Source of the DNA: Octopus vulgaris
Lineage: Eukaryota
Length of the DNA: 64,000 nt
NCBI GenBank assembly: GCA_951406725.2
Contig: OX597817.1
Location: 126,728,001 to 126,792,000, forward strand
Direction: 5' to 3'
Shown: positions 24,955 to 39,190 of the stretch, piece after piece
Layout: every line of letters begins with the position of its first letter
Position numbering within the stretch: the first letter of the stretch is position 1
Notes under the pieces: model-generated
What the model was told of the DNA's origin: nothing
Seen by the model: the letters and a program-made list of their open reading frames with translations, nothing else
The model's database searches: none
Program-made: the position numbers and the translations under genes

Positions 24955-24999
<45 letters not shown>

Positions 25000-27363
25000 C
25001 ATTATAATTTAAGGAAACACAATTTTTGTGATGCAACACTGTTTCTCTGGACGTATATGTATGATCGGAAAATTAACAACGCATCTCATGCAATAGTTGA
25101 TATTGACTTCTGACAAGTCAGATTCTGAAACTAGTAAGATATGAGCAGATAACACAAGAGTACATGGTTACACAAAGCAGAAAAAAGTTTCGCAATATGT
25201 GTTCATTTACACATATTATATATACGTCATATTTCTTCCTTTGAACATGAAAAATAAAGTATATTCTATCTAATTGTAAGTTACACAACTGGGTCACCTT
25301 GAAAGTACCATTTTGTTGCATGCTACAAGTTTTTCAACATAATAGTCATGAGAATTCCCAAAAGTTATTGGACTACAATTGACTAAGAGGGATTTAGTAG
25401 CTTCCTGACTTAAGCAAAAGCGAATCTAGTGTAGAATTTCGTTTATATAATGTCATATTAGAAAATAAATACAATCATTTTATGATACATTTTCAATTCC
25501 CGTTATATTACTAAAATTTTATTTGCGCAAACTGTTATCTCTTGCAGCGCTTTCATTCCTTTCACTCATGACATTTCCCAAGCTTTCACTCCACTGGCAC
25601 AAAAATAATTATGAATAAAATTTACAAGAATGGTGTAATAACTATAGTGTAGGTATCAATATGTTTTCAATTACAAATTCCTTGTGCATATTTGCGTGTG
25701 ACTACCGAAATAGTTGAGTGTATAAGGGCCTGTATGTTATTTCTGACTCTTTTCCTTTCATTCCACTACACCTCATACATTCATATTCGTGTAGATTGAT
25801 ATAATTTTCCATAACTGAAACGTTTGACTGTCGTGTCACGTTTATTAAATGAAACATACAGTCTTATGATCAAAATTAAACAAACCAAACCGTTGATTAT
25901 TCTTTATCCACTAACAAAATACTGATTGATTCGAAATAAACATGAAAACAACATTTACTTCGCTTTTTACTGAACGTAGCCAACACATTTTTCGCTATAA
26001 CAACCATGAACTCAAAACTAAATCTGAATTTTACCTTATGTTGTCTAAACACATTAGCGGTTATTTATATTTGATATTCTGGTCGAAAATATAATTTTTT
26101 CACCTGCTTCTGGAAAATTTTAAACATACAAGCCAGTAAGGAAATTTTGTTACAAAAGAGTTTCATCTTACGCTGAATAAACATCAGCAAAAGTACATGT
26201 ATGAAATCACATAACATAATTAACTAATACTACAAAAATACAATTTCTTAGATTTTGAAAAGAAAATTTTAATAATTTCTTGCTGTGGAAATATCCCAGT
26301 TTAGGTTCATAAACATTTAAAGATAAAGTATAACGTTCTACGTTTAAGTTATCCAGTAAAAAATGTTTAAAGCTAACAAAATTTTTCTGTTATGTAATAT
26401 TATTTTTGAAAAGTTTTATCAAATTTGTTTTTATGAACAGCTGCTGCAGTGATTCCTGCTTGTACAGGATTATTTCAAAAATGTTTAGAAAATATTTACT
26501 GTAAAAATGACATTTTAGAAATACAAAAATTCACACAATTTGAGACAGGATACATTCCATTATATCGAATTATGTACATCACTGGTTTTGATTTTAATAT
26601 TTACACAATGAGGAAGCTTGTAAAATTATTAATGATTGAATAGCGAAGCAATGTCAATTCAACAAAATGCACACAAGTAAAAATTCACACATCGTGAAGT
26701 CGTAACATTTAGTCAGTGTGATCATGGGTTTTACAACATACATTAACCTATGCAATACAACGTAGGTTGATCATGCTTATACCTATATCAAGGGGGCTTC
26801 ATACGCAGCGCAGCAATTCAAAGACGGCGTCATTGCATGCAATAATAATTGATGTAATCTATGTTAAGAGAGATTGTTGCAAATTATTAGACTCCAAATA
26901 TTTTACAACATTAAAACATGGAACGTTATTATAGTATCTTGGTCAGGTCACGTATTAATCTACTAATAATTAAAAATGGTAGTAATAATGTTTCATTTCT
27001 ATCCAATAAATACACAGATATGCATTCCCCTAACAACTTGCTAACATACGCTACCAACACGATCGGGCACTACCACCATTCGTAAAAATAAATCACAACT
27101 TTAAGAAATATATGTAAATACACATATTCAGCCGCTTCCTTCTCAAAACAGGTGGATGCGACCGAAATATGATTATTTTGTGGGGCGGGTGCACTCACTC
27201 TATTGTATAAGTTTTCCTTCTTTCACATCTCATTCATTTATATATTTGTATATATATATATATATATATATATGCTACATGTACATATATTAAGTTTGAC
27301 ATGGATGAATCTACACTGGCCGAAATCTATCAATGTTATATGTATGTATACATACATGCAAAC

Positions 27364-27424
<61 letters not shown>

Positions 27425-28145
27425 TATATACATAAAACTGAGAATGTGTGTCTGTCTGTCTGTCTGTCTGTATCCCTAAAACTTGAGAACTACACAACCA
27501 ATTTCATTCAAATTTTACACATGTCTTACTTAGGGTCCGGGGAGTGTCGTCGGCAAAACAGTCTTCAAGTTCTTGCCTAGAGCGAGCCCGTAGCACTATC
27601 ATATATTCTCAACTATTTCAGTATTACGCGTTAAAAGTGAAACAAAAACATTTCTCTATTTTATGTCAGATGCTTTCGCTTTAACAATAAAAATAATAAT
27701 AACAATTGAAATATATGTAGTAAGTAATAATTAAAATGAAACTGAAGTATAATATAATCGTAACATAGAAAAGTAAAAATAGCAATTGGTATAAAATTGC
27801 ATCAATGATTTGAACTTGAATAAGTGGTTTCACATGAATGGGAATAAATTAAAAATATAATTAGCGTGCAGAAATGGAATAGTTCAGATGGATAATAAAA
27901 AATTAGATTAAAGAAAAGACTATTGTCTATAAAGTATACAATGTAGAGAAAAAAGAAGAGGTAACAATTCCAGTCTGTTATATATTTTGAGTATTGTTAT
28001 CACTAACGATATCAAGATATAACTTTGTATTTTACATTTTATGTATAGATGAATATATGTAGATGTACATGTAATATGTACACATATATATACATATATA
28101 TACATGCACTAGCACTATGAAACGGCATCGACGGGTCTTTAATGC

Positions 28146-28150
<5 letters not shown>
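27425..28150 (+). mobile_element. Non-autonomous Helitron-like element
   Basis: 5' atatacataaaactgagaatgtgtg(tctg)n..ccaatttcattcaaattttacac. Putative 3' end ggcatcgacgggtctttaatgctatgt. 3' boundary uncertain. Confidence 0.5.
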
Positions 28151-28191
<41 letters not shown>

Positions 28192-28204
28192 TGTATATAC
28201 ACAG

Positions 28205-28236
<32 letters not shown>

Positions 28237-28624
28237 TCATGTATATGCTGTATATATATATATGTATATATAAGTATACATTTGTGTGCGTTGTGTGTGT
28301 GTGTTTTGTGTGTTTATGTGCGTACTTACTTGGCTGGAGGATGAGCTCTATATTGCTGTAAGTTTTAGAACGTCAAGCAAGACATGTCAGCTTCATCATA
28401 GGGTCACATTCACACAAGAGTGAATATAAATTAGTCTAAGTGCCTTCTCGTGGTGATAGATATTTATACCCATTTATTTGGAATATGCTATTATGTTGTT
28501 TTATCCAAGTAACAAGTCTTATAATTTGCGGAAATGACACTGTGAGGCCTCTGACAACAGTTTGCTATCTGATCTAACTGAATCAACCAGAGCAACTAAG
28601 ACCGAAGTAAATAATAACAAAAGG

Positions 28625-29530
28625 CACTGGCCCTCATGGCTTCTGACCGCAAATGATTGTAAGTGTTATGTACATTGTTTTGTCTTGGTATAAAGGATGG
28701 CTGCAGTAAATATTCTGCAAAAAGCCACAGATTCACTTCTCAGTTGTTTCGCGCTAACCAGTTCATCATCTCTCTTAGTGGCTGACGATATGTGTATCTC
28801 TGATTACAAGAAGAAGTAGTAGGAGAGCAGCATAGACATTTGTTGAGAGGAATTTTGGGGGTTTGGATAATTCACCTTTGGAAACGTGGGCGTTCTGTTC
28901 AACAACCTTAAACAACCTTTACTCCACCTGGCGAAAGTTCATGAGCTGTTTATCTTGGTATGAGATCACCTTGTCCTGTATATTTCTAGTTTTATTTCTA
29001 GTGGCTCTCATGGCTGCTGATCTTAACTGATTGGAAATGTTATCATGTACATTGTTTTGTCTTGGTATAAAAACGGGCTATAGCAAATATTCTGCTCAAT
29101 ACCACAGATTTACTTGTCATCTTTCTTACCTTAACCAGTTGAACCTGGCTGACAACTTGTGCCTCTCTGATCACGAGCAGAAATAGTAGGAGAGTATCAT
29201 AGCCACATGTTGAATGGAATATTTAGACGTCTGGACAATTCACCTCTGGAAACATGGGTGTTTCCTTCAACATCTTTAAACAACCCTTATTCAGGGACCT
29301 TTTGAGCGGGATGGGTTATTCGACAAGAGAAATTTCTAACTGGGCCCCACCTGCAAGTTCATGTGCTGTTTATCTTGATATAAGATCACCATGTCGCGCA
29401 CATATGGTTGTCATGCATGTGCCTTGTGTACCCTTATCAGACGGGTACTCATGATGGGTATATTGGGCTTCGTATATTTTAACCCAGTGTCACTTTGATG
29501 GCATGAACTGCTCTCTCACTCAATAATAAT
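28625..29530 (+). mobile_element. Two tandem copies of a LINE 3' end (probably RTE-like), the second ending in (AAT)n
   Basis: 28628-28980 and 29002-29400 align (tcatggct.ctga..tgtacattgttttgtcttggtataaa..aattcacct.tggaaac.tggg). Tail gctctctcactcaataataat. Confidence 0.7.
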
Positions 29531-30329
29531 AACGTAAAATATAGTAGTGACAATACGTATTTCTATTTTTGCTTGCGTTTCTTTCTCTTCAACATTAGAA
29601 ACTTGTTTGCCCGCGATTTACCATACTAATGCTGCTCCCAGCAACTATACCGAATGTCTTTATACTGAAAATACTTAAATCGTAATTTCACCCCACCACT
29701 TCAATTATAATCTTAATAACAGTAATGTTAATGATGACAATAAGGATAATAATTGAGTTAGTAATTGTGGTTACAATAAGTATAATGTTGTTTGCAGTGG
29801 TTGTAATAATGTTGCTGGTAGTGATTTTATTCATAGTTGTAATAATAACTATCATAATACACCAGATTACTTTTGGTGATATTAGTAACGTGCAGTCTAG
29901 TACAAACTATTTCATGGTCGGTGTCGGTTTTTGGCAACTAAACGAGCAAACTTACCAAGCACTTCCTGGTTATGATAGTTGTCGGCGTTGGATAAAATGC
30001 AGGACAAAAAGCAAAACATGTTAAAGGGCGGATGGACACACTAGAGCTAATAGCTATGAAATATATAATTATTTAGGTGCTGTGAGAATATATACTCTAT
30101 GTTGCGTCCTGTACATGATAAACCTGCTTCAACGAGAGTAGAGATGCATCTTGGAAGATATAGATGATAACTTATCTAGTGATGGTGACACTATACAACT
30201 TCTGGCCGGCGATAACCTCAAAATACACATCTTAATTATGAGAGAAATGCTAATAATGAAAAGTAGTTGTTATTCTGTCAACGGGGATGGAAGTTGTAGC
30301 GAATGTGTCGCATTCGGAAGGTGCCTTCT

Positions 30330-31898
30330 GGATCGGTGACACCAGTCAAGTCATAATCAAGCTAATGCTGACCCACAACAACGAAGGATATTAAGGTGTT
30401 CAAAGAAGTGGGCAACGGATTGTCGTCGAATTTTTATTACAAGAGAGCCAGAGGAAAGAGGCAATAGTGAAATGTTACAAAAGCCCTAAAAAAAATACGC
30501 ACATGATGAGCTGAAGGATGTGAGTGAACAAAGATTGGCTAATCCGATTACCCAGATTAAGATCAACAAGTGGTTAGAAAAGACGAAACAAGAGGAGATT
30601 ATCATGAAATTACGAACAGAACTGCAGGGACTACTTGTCCAGAAGAAATTGACATGGAACAGAACCTTTAGACCTTTGGCATGGATTAAGGAATACTACC
30701 TTAAATGGAAAAAAACAGTGTACCTCAGACTCTAAGGTCACAGGAAGAACTTAGCTCAGAACTAGCTAATCTCGGCGACAGAATTCTTGAATTTATGTTT
30801 CATGAAGAAAATGTTACCGATTTTGCAGGCAGCTGGCAAAGTAAAGCTACGATCAGAACTAAGGAACGCGAATGAAGTCCTCACGCGAATTCCAATAAAA
30901 GACATCAACAATTCAAAATCCTTGATGTATGCCACTGCTTATGTCATCACAGGAAAGATGGGAAATTTATAGAAAAGAAATTTCGGAGAAACATAGAACC
31001 ATTTTGGAAAAGGAAAATAAAAGAAAGCATCGGTACATGGCGGAAGAATTAAGGAAATGAAATATGCTGAATGAAAGAGAATTGCTTGAATGAATGAACA
31101 GAATTGCTTGAATAAGAAATAGCATTTGGCGGATAGGGTCACTCTGTTGATATCGGATATGTTAGTAAAATATCAAAGCGAGTGGAATTAAGATCAAAAG
31201 ACACGATGAAATATGCCTAGAGTTTAACCAAAATTAATTGTTTAGAACAAATCAGAATCAGTTCTATGTGATTCTTGATCTGGGAGATAAGGAAAAAGCA
31301 GAATTATCTCACTACAAAGAAGCAAATTCATTTCGAAACAAAACTGGTCAGAGATTCTCAAATACAACAGGGCAGATTACACCATGAAATGGGAGAATTC
31401 AGTGGCGTGCAGGTTCAAGAGGACATAACCATCAAATCGGAATTGGGTGGATGGGAATTTGGAAGGGAATAGGCCCAGAGGTAGTTCGGATTTCCGCTAC
31501 GAGGTTTTGACGAATTTACATTATAAACTACAATATCTCATCCAAGGCACGTACTCCAATGAATTAAGGTACGCAGTATGGATGGGCAGAGGATGGTTGA
31601 GTAACTGTTGTCCGATTGCGTGTTTAATTTTCATGTGTAGGCTTCTAACTGGAATAGTGGGGAAGAAATTGTATGACCAACCTGAAAGAAATTAACTGCT
31701 TGCGGATGAACAGAAAAGAGCACCAGAAACAAGTGAACAGAAAGGAGCGCTAGGAAGAAAATCAGTTGGCTCTTGGAATATTTGAAGACGCTGGGACTTA
31801 TTGAGAAGATAAACAACTTTTTGAATAAAGCAATGAGAGTGTTATGTGCAAATGATTTGTTAGGCAACGTGAAAATTGGGCATTTTCCAAGGAGGCTC

Positions 31899-31935
<37 letters not shown>

Positions 31936-32300
31936 CTCTCTCTCTGTCATACTTCGTCATTGTGCTAATAATCTAAAATATCTAATCCAAGATCTCCTTC
32001 TGTACTTTTAAGAAATCCAAGAGGCAGTTATATGTGTGATCTGATATTATATACGATTTAGAAGAGATACCGATAAATATGTGCCCAGTACTAATTATGA
32101 GAAGAGGTCAGTAGATAAAATCTGATGGCTTAATTCTATCACAAGACATCTTTAGATTGCTGTGAAGAATAATGAGAGTTACAAATAAAAAGGAGAGCTT
32201 CGAGACGATAGGATAATGGAGGGAGTAGTGAGAAAGTCACTTAAGAGTACAAGAGGATATTAAGGAAGGTGCTCGAATCTCAACGAGCATTTGGTGGATA
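30330..32300 (+). mobile_element. R4/Dong-like LINE, N-terminal region and RT remnants, highly degenerate
   Basis: VSEQRLANPITQIKINKWLEK, KLRSELRNANEVL..LMYATAYVIT, EPFWK, LFRTNQNQFY, NCCPIACLIFMCRLLTGIVGKKLYD..LLADEQKR. Confidence 0.82.
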
Positions 32301-32361
32301 GTGAAATTCAAACATTGGCAAGAGTGTCAAACACTCGATGATGTTACTGACACGCCCCTTC

Positions 32362-32442
<81 letters not shown>

Positions 32443-32915
32443 TATGAAAAAAACAAGTCAAAAATAGAAAATGCTAAGATGATTTTATAGTGAATCAGTA
32501 CGTTATTATTATAAGTGTAATCTGATATATACGAAATATTATACAGACCGAGGTCATTTGGCCCAAAAAATGAAATGATTTAGAAGAGATACCGAAAAGT
32601 AGTTTGGGATAAATATGTGCGCAGTACTAATTATGAAAAGAGGTCAGTAGATAAAATCTGATGGCTTAAATCTATCACAAGACATCTTTAGATTGCTGTG
32701 AAGAATAATGAGAGTTACAAATAAAAAGGAGAGCTTCGAGACGATAGGATAATGGATGGAGTAGTGAGAAGGTCACTTAAGAGTACAAGAGGATATTAAG
32801 GAAGGTGCTCGAATCTCTACTAGCATTTGGTGGATAGTGAAATTCAAACATTGGCAAGAGTGTCAAACCCTCGATGATGTTACTGACACGCCACTTCATA
32901 TATGTATATACATAT
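32035..32915. repeat. Near-identical local duplication (~32035-32375 and ~32516-32915)
   Basis: gaggtcagtagataaaatctgatggctt...gatgatgttactgacacgcc occurs twice with few differences. Confidence 0.95.
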
Positions 32916-32929
32916 ATATATATATATAT

Positions 32930-33062
32930 ATATACATTATTTACATAATGTACATTTTGACGATATTTGTCCTCACCTTGTATTGTTTCTAACGGGGATA
33001 TGGTGTAGTGATTTAGAGCGCGGGTTACAAAACCCAAAAGTTGATTCCAAGCAGCAGTGACC

Positions 33063-33095
<33 letters not shown>

Positions 33096-33250
33096 TCGAA
33101 AATACCCTAGAAAGGAGAAACCAGGTTCGAAAGACACCTGATGAAGGCTGAAAAGTATATCAGCCGAAAAACAAACAAGATGAGGACAAATATCTGTCAA
33201 ATATAAATAATGCAAATAATGTACATAATTCCTCATCTCTTAAATATAGA
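32930..33250. mobile_element. Penelope-like terminal repeat with inverted partial copy and truncated hammerhead core
   Basis: ttttgacgatatttgtcctcaccttg is the inverse of caagatgaggacaaatatctgtcaaa. ctgatgaAggctga..tcagccgaaa at 33138-33169. Confidence 0.7.
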
Positions 33251-33257
33251 AGTGCAT

Positions 33258-33289
<32 letters not shown>

Positions 33290-33300
33290 TATATAATATA

Positions 33301-33715
33301 CGCACAGGAGTGGCTATGTCGTAGGTAGCTTGCTTTCTAACCACATGGTTCTGGGTTCAGTCCCATGAGTGGGAACTTGGGAAGGTGTCCTCTAATTTAG
33401 CCTCGGGCTAACCAAATACTTGTGAGTGGATTTGGTTGACGGAAGCTGAAAATGCACGTGTTTTTTATATATATATATATATATATATGCATGCATGTAT
33501 GTATCTATATGCTTGTGCGTCTGTCTTTGTACATCCCTCAACACTCGGCAAGCGATGTTGGTGTGTTGACGTCCCCGTAAACCAGCGGCTCGGTAGAAGA
33601 TACGATGAAATAAGTACTAGGCTTACAATGAGTAAATCCTGAGGTCAATTTTCTCGAGTAAAGGCGGTGCTCCAGCATGGCTGCAGTGAAATGACGGAAG
33701 AAATAGAGTAATAAA
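33301..33715 (+). mobile_element. Family-A SINE, uninterrupted
   Basis: caggagtggctatgtcgtaggtagcttgctttctaaccacatggttctgggttcagtccc..aggcggtgctccagcatggctgcagt. Confidence 0.88.
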
Positions 33716-33740
33716 CGAATACATACACACACACACACAC

Positions 33741-33773
<33 letters not shown>

Positions 33774-33776
<3 letters not shown>

Positions 33777-34994
33777 GGGTTGGACGAAATAATGGAAACA
33801 CCTAGCATCATAGTATCATAATTCTGAAATATCTATAACACCGTCAAAAGCTTGTTTTTGTTTATGTATTTTGATTTATTATTAGTGTTCCTTAATAGGT
33901 TTTTCCAACGTTGCTGGTTCTTTTCAGATATCATCAGAAAAAGGTAATTAAAATTCGTTAAAATGACAGATCTATTGGACTTTCAAAGAGGTCAAATTGT
34001 TGGTATTCGTACTGCAGGCGCTAGCGTAACGAAAAAAAATAACGAAATATTTGGAGTATAAAGAAGTCTCGAAAGTAATGACAGCCTTTCAGAAAGAGAG
34101 AAACCTCCACGTCGAAAGAAAACTCCAGGAGAAACCAAAACTTTGAGATGAAGACCCTTGGATTTTACGCGAATTCTTAGAAAGGTTCACGAAAGTACAG
34201 TACCCAAAATTACTGCAGAGCTTAATGACTACCTCGATAACCCACTTTCCAGAACAACTGTTCACCAGAAGCTGCACCAAGCTAGATTGCACGGGAGGGC
34301 TGCAATGAGAAAAAACACTGTTTTCAAAACCAAACGTTGCAAGGCGTTTAGAGTGGAGTAAAAACCTACAGAATTGATACTTAGATCAGTGGAAAAATGT
34401 TATTTTCTGGGACGAATCATCCTTTACCTTATTTCCGATCACCAGCCAAGTGGAGACAATAGAAGCATTTTACCCAGACTACCAATTTCTAACTGTTAAA
34501 CATGGAGGAGGATCTGTGATAATTCGGGGGCGCTATATCTTGGAATTCAACCGTCCCAAATATTTCTCTTCATGACAGGATTAATATGTAAGTCTAATGA
34601 TTTTATCTACTCAGATTCATCCTATGGTTCCGGAACTGTTTCCGGAGGGGAACTCAAACTTTCAGGATGACAATGCACCAATTCACACAGCTACAGTTGT
34701 TACTGGATGGTGCGAGGATATTCAAGTGAAGTTGAACATCTTATCTGGCCACCATTTATGGTGCATTTTAGAAAAACAAGTAAGGAATCGATATCCTCCA
34801 CCATCATCACTACAAGAACCTGGAGACTGTTTTAGTTGAAGAGAGGACGAAAATTACTTTAGGCACAATTGAAACTTTCTAGGAACCCCTACCTCGTAGA
34901 ATTCAAGCTGTAATTACGGCTAAAGGCAGCCCTACCCCATATTAAAATAAGTTTATTTCAAGTTCTCAGGTGTTCCCATGGTTTCGCCCAAGTC

Positions 34995-34997
<3 letters not shown>
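33774..34997 (+). mobile_element. Tc1-like (DD34E) transposon, full length, degenerate
   Basis: TIRs TA|catgggttggacgaaataatggaaacacct ... aggtgttcccatggtttcgcccaagtcctg|TA. Transposase remnants MTDLLDFQRGQIVG, WKNVIFWDESSF, VKHGGGSV, FQDDNAPIH. Confidence 0.92.
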
Positions 34998-35067
<70 letters not shown>

Positions 35068-35090
35068 TATACATATAAAATAAAAATATA

Positions 35091-35326
35091 TGCGCCCTTT
35101 TAAAGCCTAGCCAGGTTCATGGGCCCGGTTTCCCGGTTTTAATGGCGTATGTGTTTCCCAGCAGGACGGGACGCCAGTCCATCGCAGCATTTCTCATTCT
35201 TGCCAGCTGAGCGGACTGGACAACGTGAAATGATGTGTTTTGCTCAATAACACAACGCGTCACCCGGTCGAGGATTCTTACGATCATGATGCTGACACCC
35301 TAACCGCTAAGCCACGCTCCTCCACT
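35091..35326 (-). mobile_element. tRNA-derived SINE, family C (V-domain-like gatggactggcgtcccgtcc)
   Basis: Minus: gtggaggagcgtggcttagcggttagggtgtc.., gcgatggactggcgtcccgtcc. Confidence 0.8.
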
Positions 35327-35357
35327 TATACACATACACACGCACACACACACATAC

Positions 35358-35427
<70 letters not shown>

Positions 35428-35429
35428 TA

Positions 35430-36290
35430 TACAATGGGTAAATTGCCGCCAATTTATACTTTTAGATTCGCGCATGCACATTTCTATTTTGTTATTTTGT
35501 CAATTACATAGTATTGTAGTATCAGTTAGGCACCGTATGTGAGTAAAAGAGCTCCATAACGCAATTTGCTCTACCATATATTTCAAAACTACATGTTGTT
35601 CTGCTTGGTATTCGTACTGGAGGCTCCGATACGAATATTTTAGAGTTTTGGTGTGTCAATCTGAGAATAGTGCCATCTCAGAACATGTAACGAGAGTGAT
35701 AAAATTCAAACATCCAGTCAAAATGATGATGTTTGGAGTAATCAGTAGTAATGGCGACATTATGCCTCCAATCGTCTTCCCACATGGCCTCAGACTCGAC
35801 ATGGCGGCCTACATCAAGTGACTGGAGGAGGCGGTGCTGCCCTAAGCTAAGAGGGTGGCTGCTGGAAGACCATACGTCTGGCAACAAGACTTTTCACCAT
35901 CCATGCAAATAGTAGAACCCAGTCATGGTTATCAGGCAGTTTCTGAAACCACATCACCCCTAACATCTGCTCACCTAAATCTTCAGACTTGCAGACCCCT
36001 TAACTATTATGTGTGGAGCGCAACTGAGCATGAGATCAATAATCTTCTTGTAACACCAAAGATGAACTGAAAGTATTATGACAGCATTCACCAACTTACA
36101 CGAGAAGACCGTCCAGAAGAGTTGCAAATTCTAAAGTCGAGTGCTTAGTTGAAGACAATGGCGATTTCATTGAATACATTTTCTCTTTAGTATTTCAAGA
36201 TATCTTTATGTAATTTTGGTAAATATATCTGTAAAAATGAGATGTCAGCTTTATTTCTATTTTTGCGTAATTCTTATAATGAATTTTTAT
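35430..36290 (+). mobile_element. maT/DD37D-like Tc1/mariner remnant with internal deletion
   Basis: MMFGVISSNGDIMPPIVFPHGLRLD..LEEAVLP..AAGRPYVWQQD, ..CRPLNYYVW. Confidence 0.8.
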
Positions 36291-36457
36291 GTCCACTTCC
36301 ATATAGCAATAATCTCAACTAAAATTTCAAGACCTCACATGTTTCACTTGCCTTCAATATCACTTCGTAGACTAACATACATAACATCCGAGCACACATC
36401 CAGTAAGGTATTACAAAAAGCTCACAGCTGTTAGACATGAATTATATTGATTTATAC

Positions 36458-36633
36458 CAGTGTATCCCAATCCTTTTATTTAAATGAGTTTTACCATATA
36501 CTCCTTTTAATATGCTTATCCTTAAGAGTTCGTGTGTGTGTATAGGTATGAAATTTTGAATTTTAGGTCACGGGCCCCCAATACTAATATTGAGGAATGG
36601 CCAGGGGTCCGCGGTCACGAGGTTGGAAACCAA
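36458..36633. mobile_element. Possible hAT (Charlie-like) MITE
   Basis: Ends cagtgtatcccaa and aggttggaaaccaat resemble CAGTGGTTCCCAA-type TIRs; GC-rich subterminal ggggtccgcgg. Confidence 0.45.
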
Positions 36634-37223
36634 TAATATATAACAATATATATGTGACACGCAAAACGCACGCACGCATTCATAAATTTACTCACATCAA
36701 GATACGCCTGTATAAGTGTTTCTGGGATGTGTGTCAATGTGTGTGCGTATGTGTGTGTGTATCTAGGAATGTGTTTATAGAATATTGATTTGGCTGTCGA
36801 ATTGGATATATCAATGTTTTTTATGCTCAATTATTTTATTGATGAAATACCCCGTGAATGAATTATGGAGGAAAGCTTTAACAATTATTAATTCGGAGAA
36901 TGAAAAGCGTAAACATTTTCTATATTTACATAACACGTCGAAAAGGAACTAAGAACTACGAAAACATGTAACACTGCACTGTAATATTTTCATACAAGAA
37001 AATGAAAACAAATCGGTGCATCAGCTTACAGGTAGCTATAATCTCATCAAATATCTTTCTCCTCTTTCAGCTTCTAAAGTGTTTCTGTGATTTCACTTTC
37101 GTTCTCTTTAAACTCACTCCCACTAGATTGCCTGTCGTGTATTTCGTTTCGTTTTCTTTTCAATTATGACTCTGTCGTATAAACAATTATCCCCATCACA
37201 TATAGATGCATATATATGTATGC

Positions 37224-37292
<69 letters not shown>

Positions 37293-37293
<1 letters not shown>

Positions 37294-37788
37294 TAGCAGT
37301 ATCGCCCGGCGTTGCTCGGGTTTGTAAGGGAAATAACTATATAAGCATTTTTAGAGAGTTACTTCCCTTATAGATGCCAATTCGGGCTTTCTTAGCCATT
37401 TCTGTTTTGGTGTCTTCAAGCCATGAAGTCGTTGTTCTAAAAGAACGCTGGTCTCCTTGACAACGCGTTACGACGTTGATTTCATTACACTCCCTTCCCC
37501 ACAGTTTCACGAGGGAGGGAAGGGGGGAGAAGCAAACAGGTGCAGCTGTGAGCGTGGACGCCAACTCCGCCGCCATCGACACACGAAAAATTATGCATTA
37601 AAATGGAATAAAAAATGATGTTAAATTATTTTTAAAATCGTAGACTCATCGTTGACGCGCGCTAATAGCCAGACGGGCTCGATATGAATCACGACTATAA
37701 GATACCCGAATTTGGTTAAACTGCACCGCAAAATGTGGGAGGAGTTAGGAATCTAAATCGAAGGGGACAGACACTCACACAACTAGAG

Positions 37789-37795
<7 letters not shown>
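37293..37795 (-). mobile_element. Non-autonomous Helitron
   Basis: Minus-strand 3' end: hairpin cccgagcaacgccggg followed by cgatactgCTAG|T. Inserted in (TA)n, no TSD. Confidence 0.85.
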
Positions 37796-37860
<65 letters not shown>

Positions 37861-37887
37861 TCATGCACACGCTTATGTAGAAATATG

Positions 37888-37964
<77 letters not shown>

Positions 37965-38039
37965 ATGTGTGTGTGCTTATGCATGATTGTATGCATATGT
38001 ATATATATATATATATATATACATACAGGTATTATGTAT

Positions 38040-38445
38040 GTACTGGTTAAATTCGCTGTGAAACATTTTGGGTTACGTCCAACTGCGTGCCAACTTTTGA
38101 ATGTGTCTTTGGCTGTAGCCTCGGACCAACGAATGTGATGTGTTTGAAATTGCTTGACGGAAACTGAGAGCAAATCTGTTTTGCATATATGTATTTATAT
38201 ATTTGTGTATATTTATCTGTTGCGTGAGTCTATGTCTGTGTGAGTGTGTCTATGTGTGCACGTTCTTAACTTGTGCTTACGGCGTATCGCTTCATGACTA
38301 ATACTGCTTTGATTAATTTCTCTTGTTTATCTGTTCGACCGAGGAGTCGACCAAGATATAAACTAGACCTAATACACTTGGTTTGAGCGAATGAAACCCG
38401 ATACGTGGTGCCCGAGACTGACTGCAGTCCAACAACGTAAACAGG
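38040..38445 (+). mobile_element. Old family-A SINE
   Basis: actgcgtgccaactttt..gtagcctcggaccaac..ttgacggaaactga..gtggtgccc..ctgcagtccaa. Confidence 0.65.
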
Positions 38446-38984
38446 TAGCGTATATACATTAATACATAAGCCACCTGCAGTTTAACGACCAGATTGCTTG
38501 AAATATTAAATTTCCCTTTGAAAACTTCACCAACAAGTTATTATCAATTTTTTTTAAAAGTATCTTAGTTCAAAACCTAACTATCACGGTAGGAGCTTTT
38601 GAAGAGTTACACGCGTGCAGCATACGGAACACTGTTTTCATGAATAACATTTGTAACTTTTATACTGAGTAAAAGAGAAAGATGAAATGTTTATTCGTAT
38701 TGTTTTCTGTTCTATTTGTTTTACTAAACAATAAAATAATAAACCACACACACAAATATACACACGCACCCCAACAGACATCTACATATACATGCATTCA
38801 ATTTGTTTTGCGTGAATGCCGCAAAGCAGGCTCTCAAGATTTCCAATCCATCTTGCTTGTTATCGGCTATCAACAGTTATTGCCATTTTCCACTTTTACC
38901 CCTATAGGCTGGTTTTACATGTAGTGCTCCTTTCAGCTGAGTGTAAATATAATAATGAAGAAAACTATAACGAAAATTTCCACA

Positions 38985-39190
38985 CACCGATCTGGCAGAA
39001 TCATTAGCATGCCGGACGAAATGTTTAACGGTCTTTCGTCTTTACGCTCTGAGTTCAAATACCGCCGAGATCGATTTGGCTTTCGTCCTTTCGGTGTCGA
39101 TAAATTAATTACTAGCCAAATACTGGGGTCGATACGATCGAATTACCGCTCTCCCCAAATTTGTGGCCTTGTGTTTCTAATAGAAAGCAT
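38985..39190 (+). mobile_element. Family-B SINE
   Basis: ctggcagaatcattagcatgccggacgaaatg..ctgagttcaaataccgccgag..ctttcgtcctttcggtgtcgataaatt. Confidence 0.88.
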
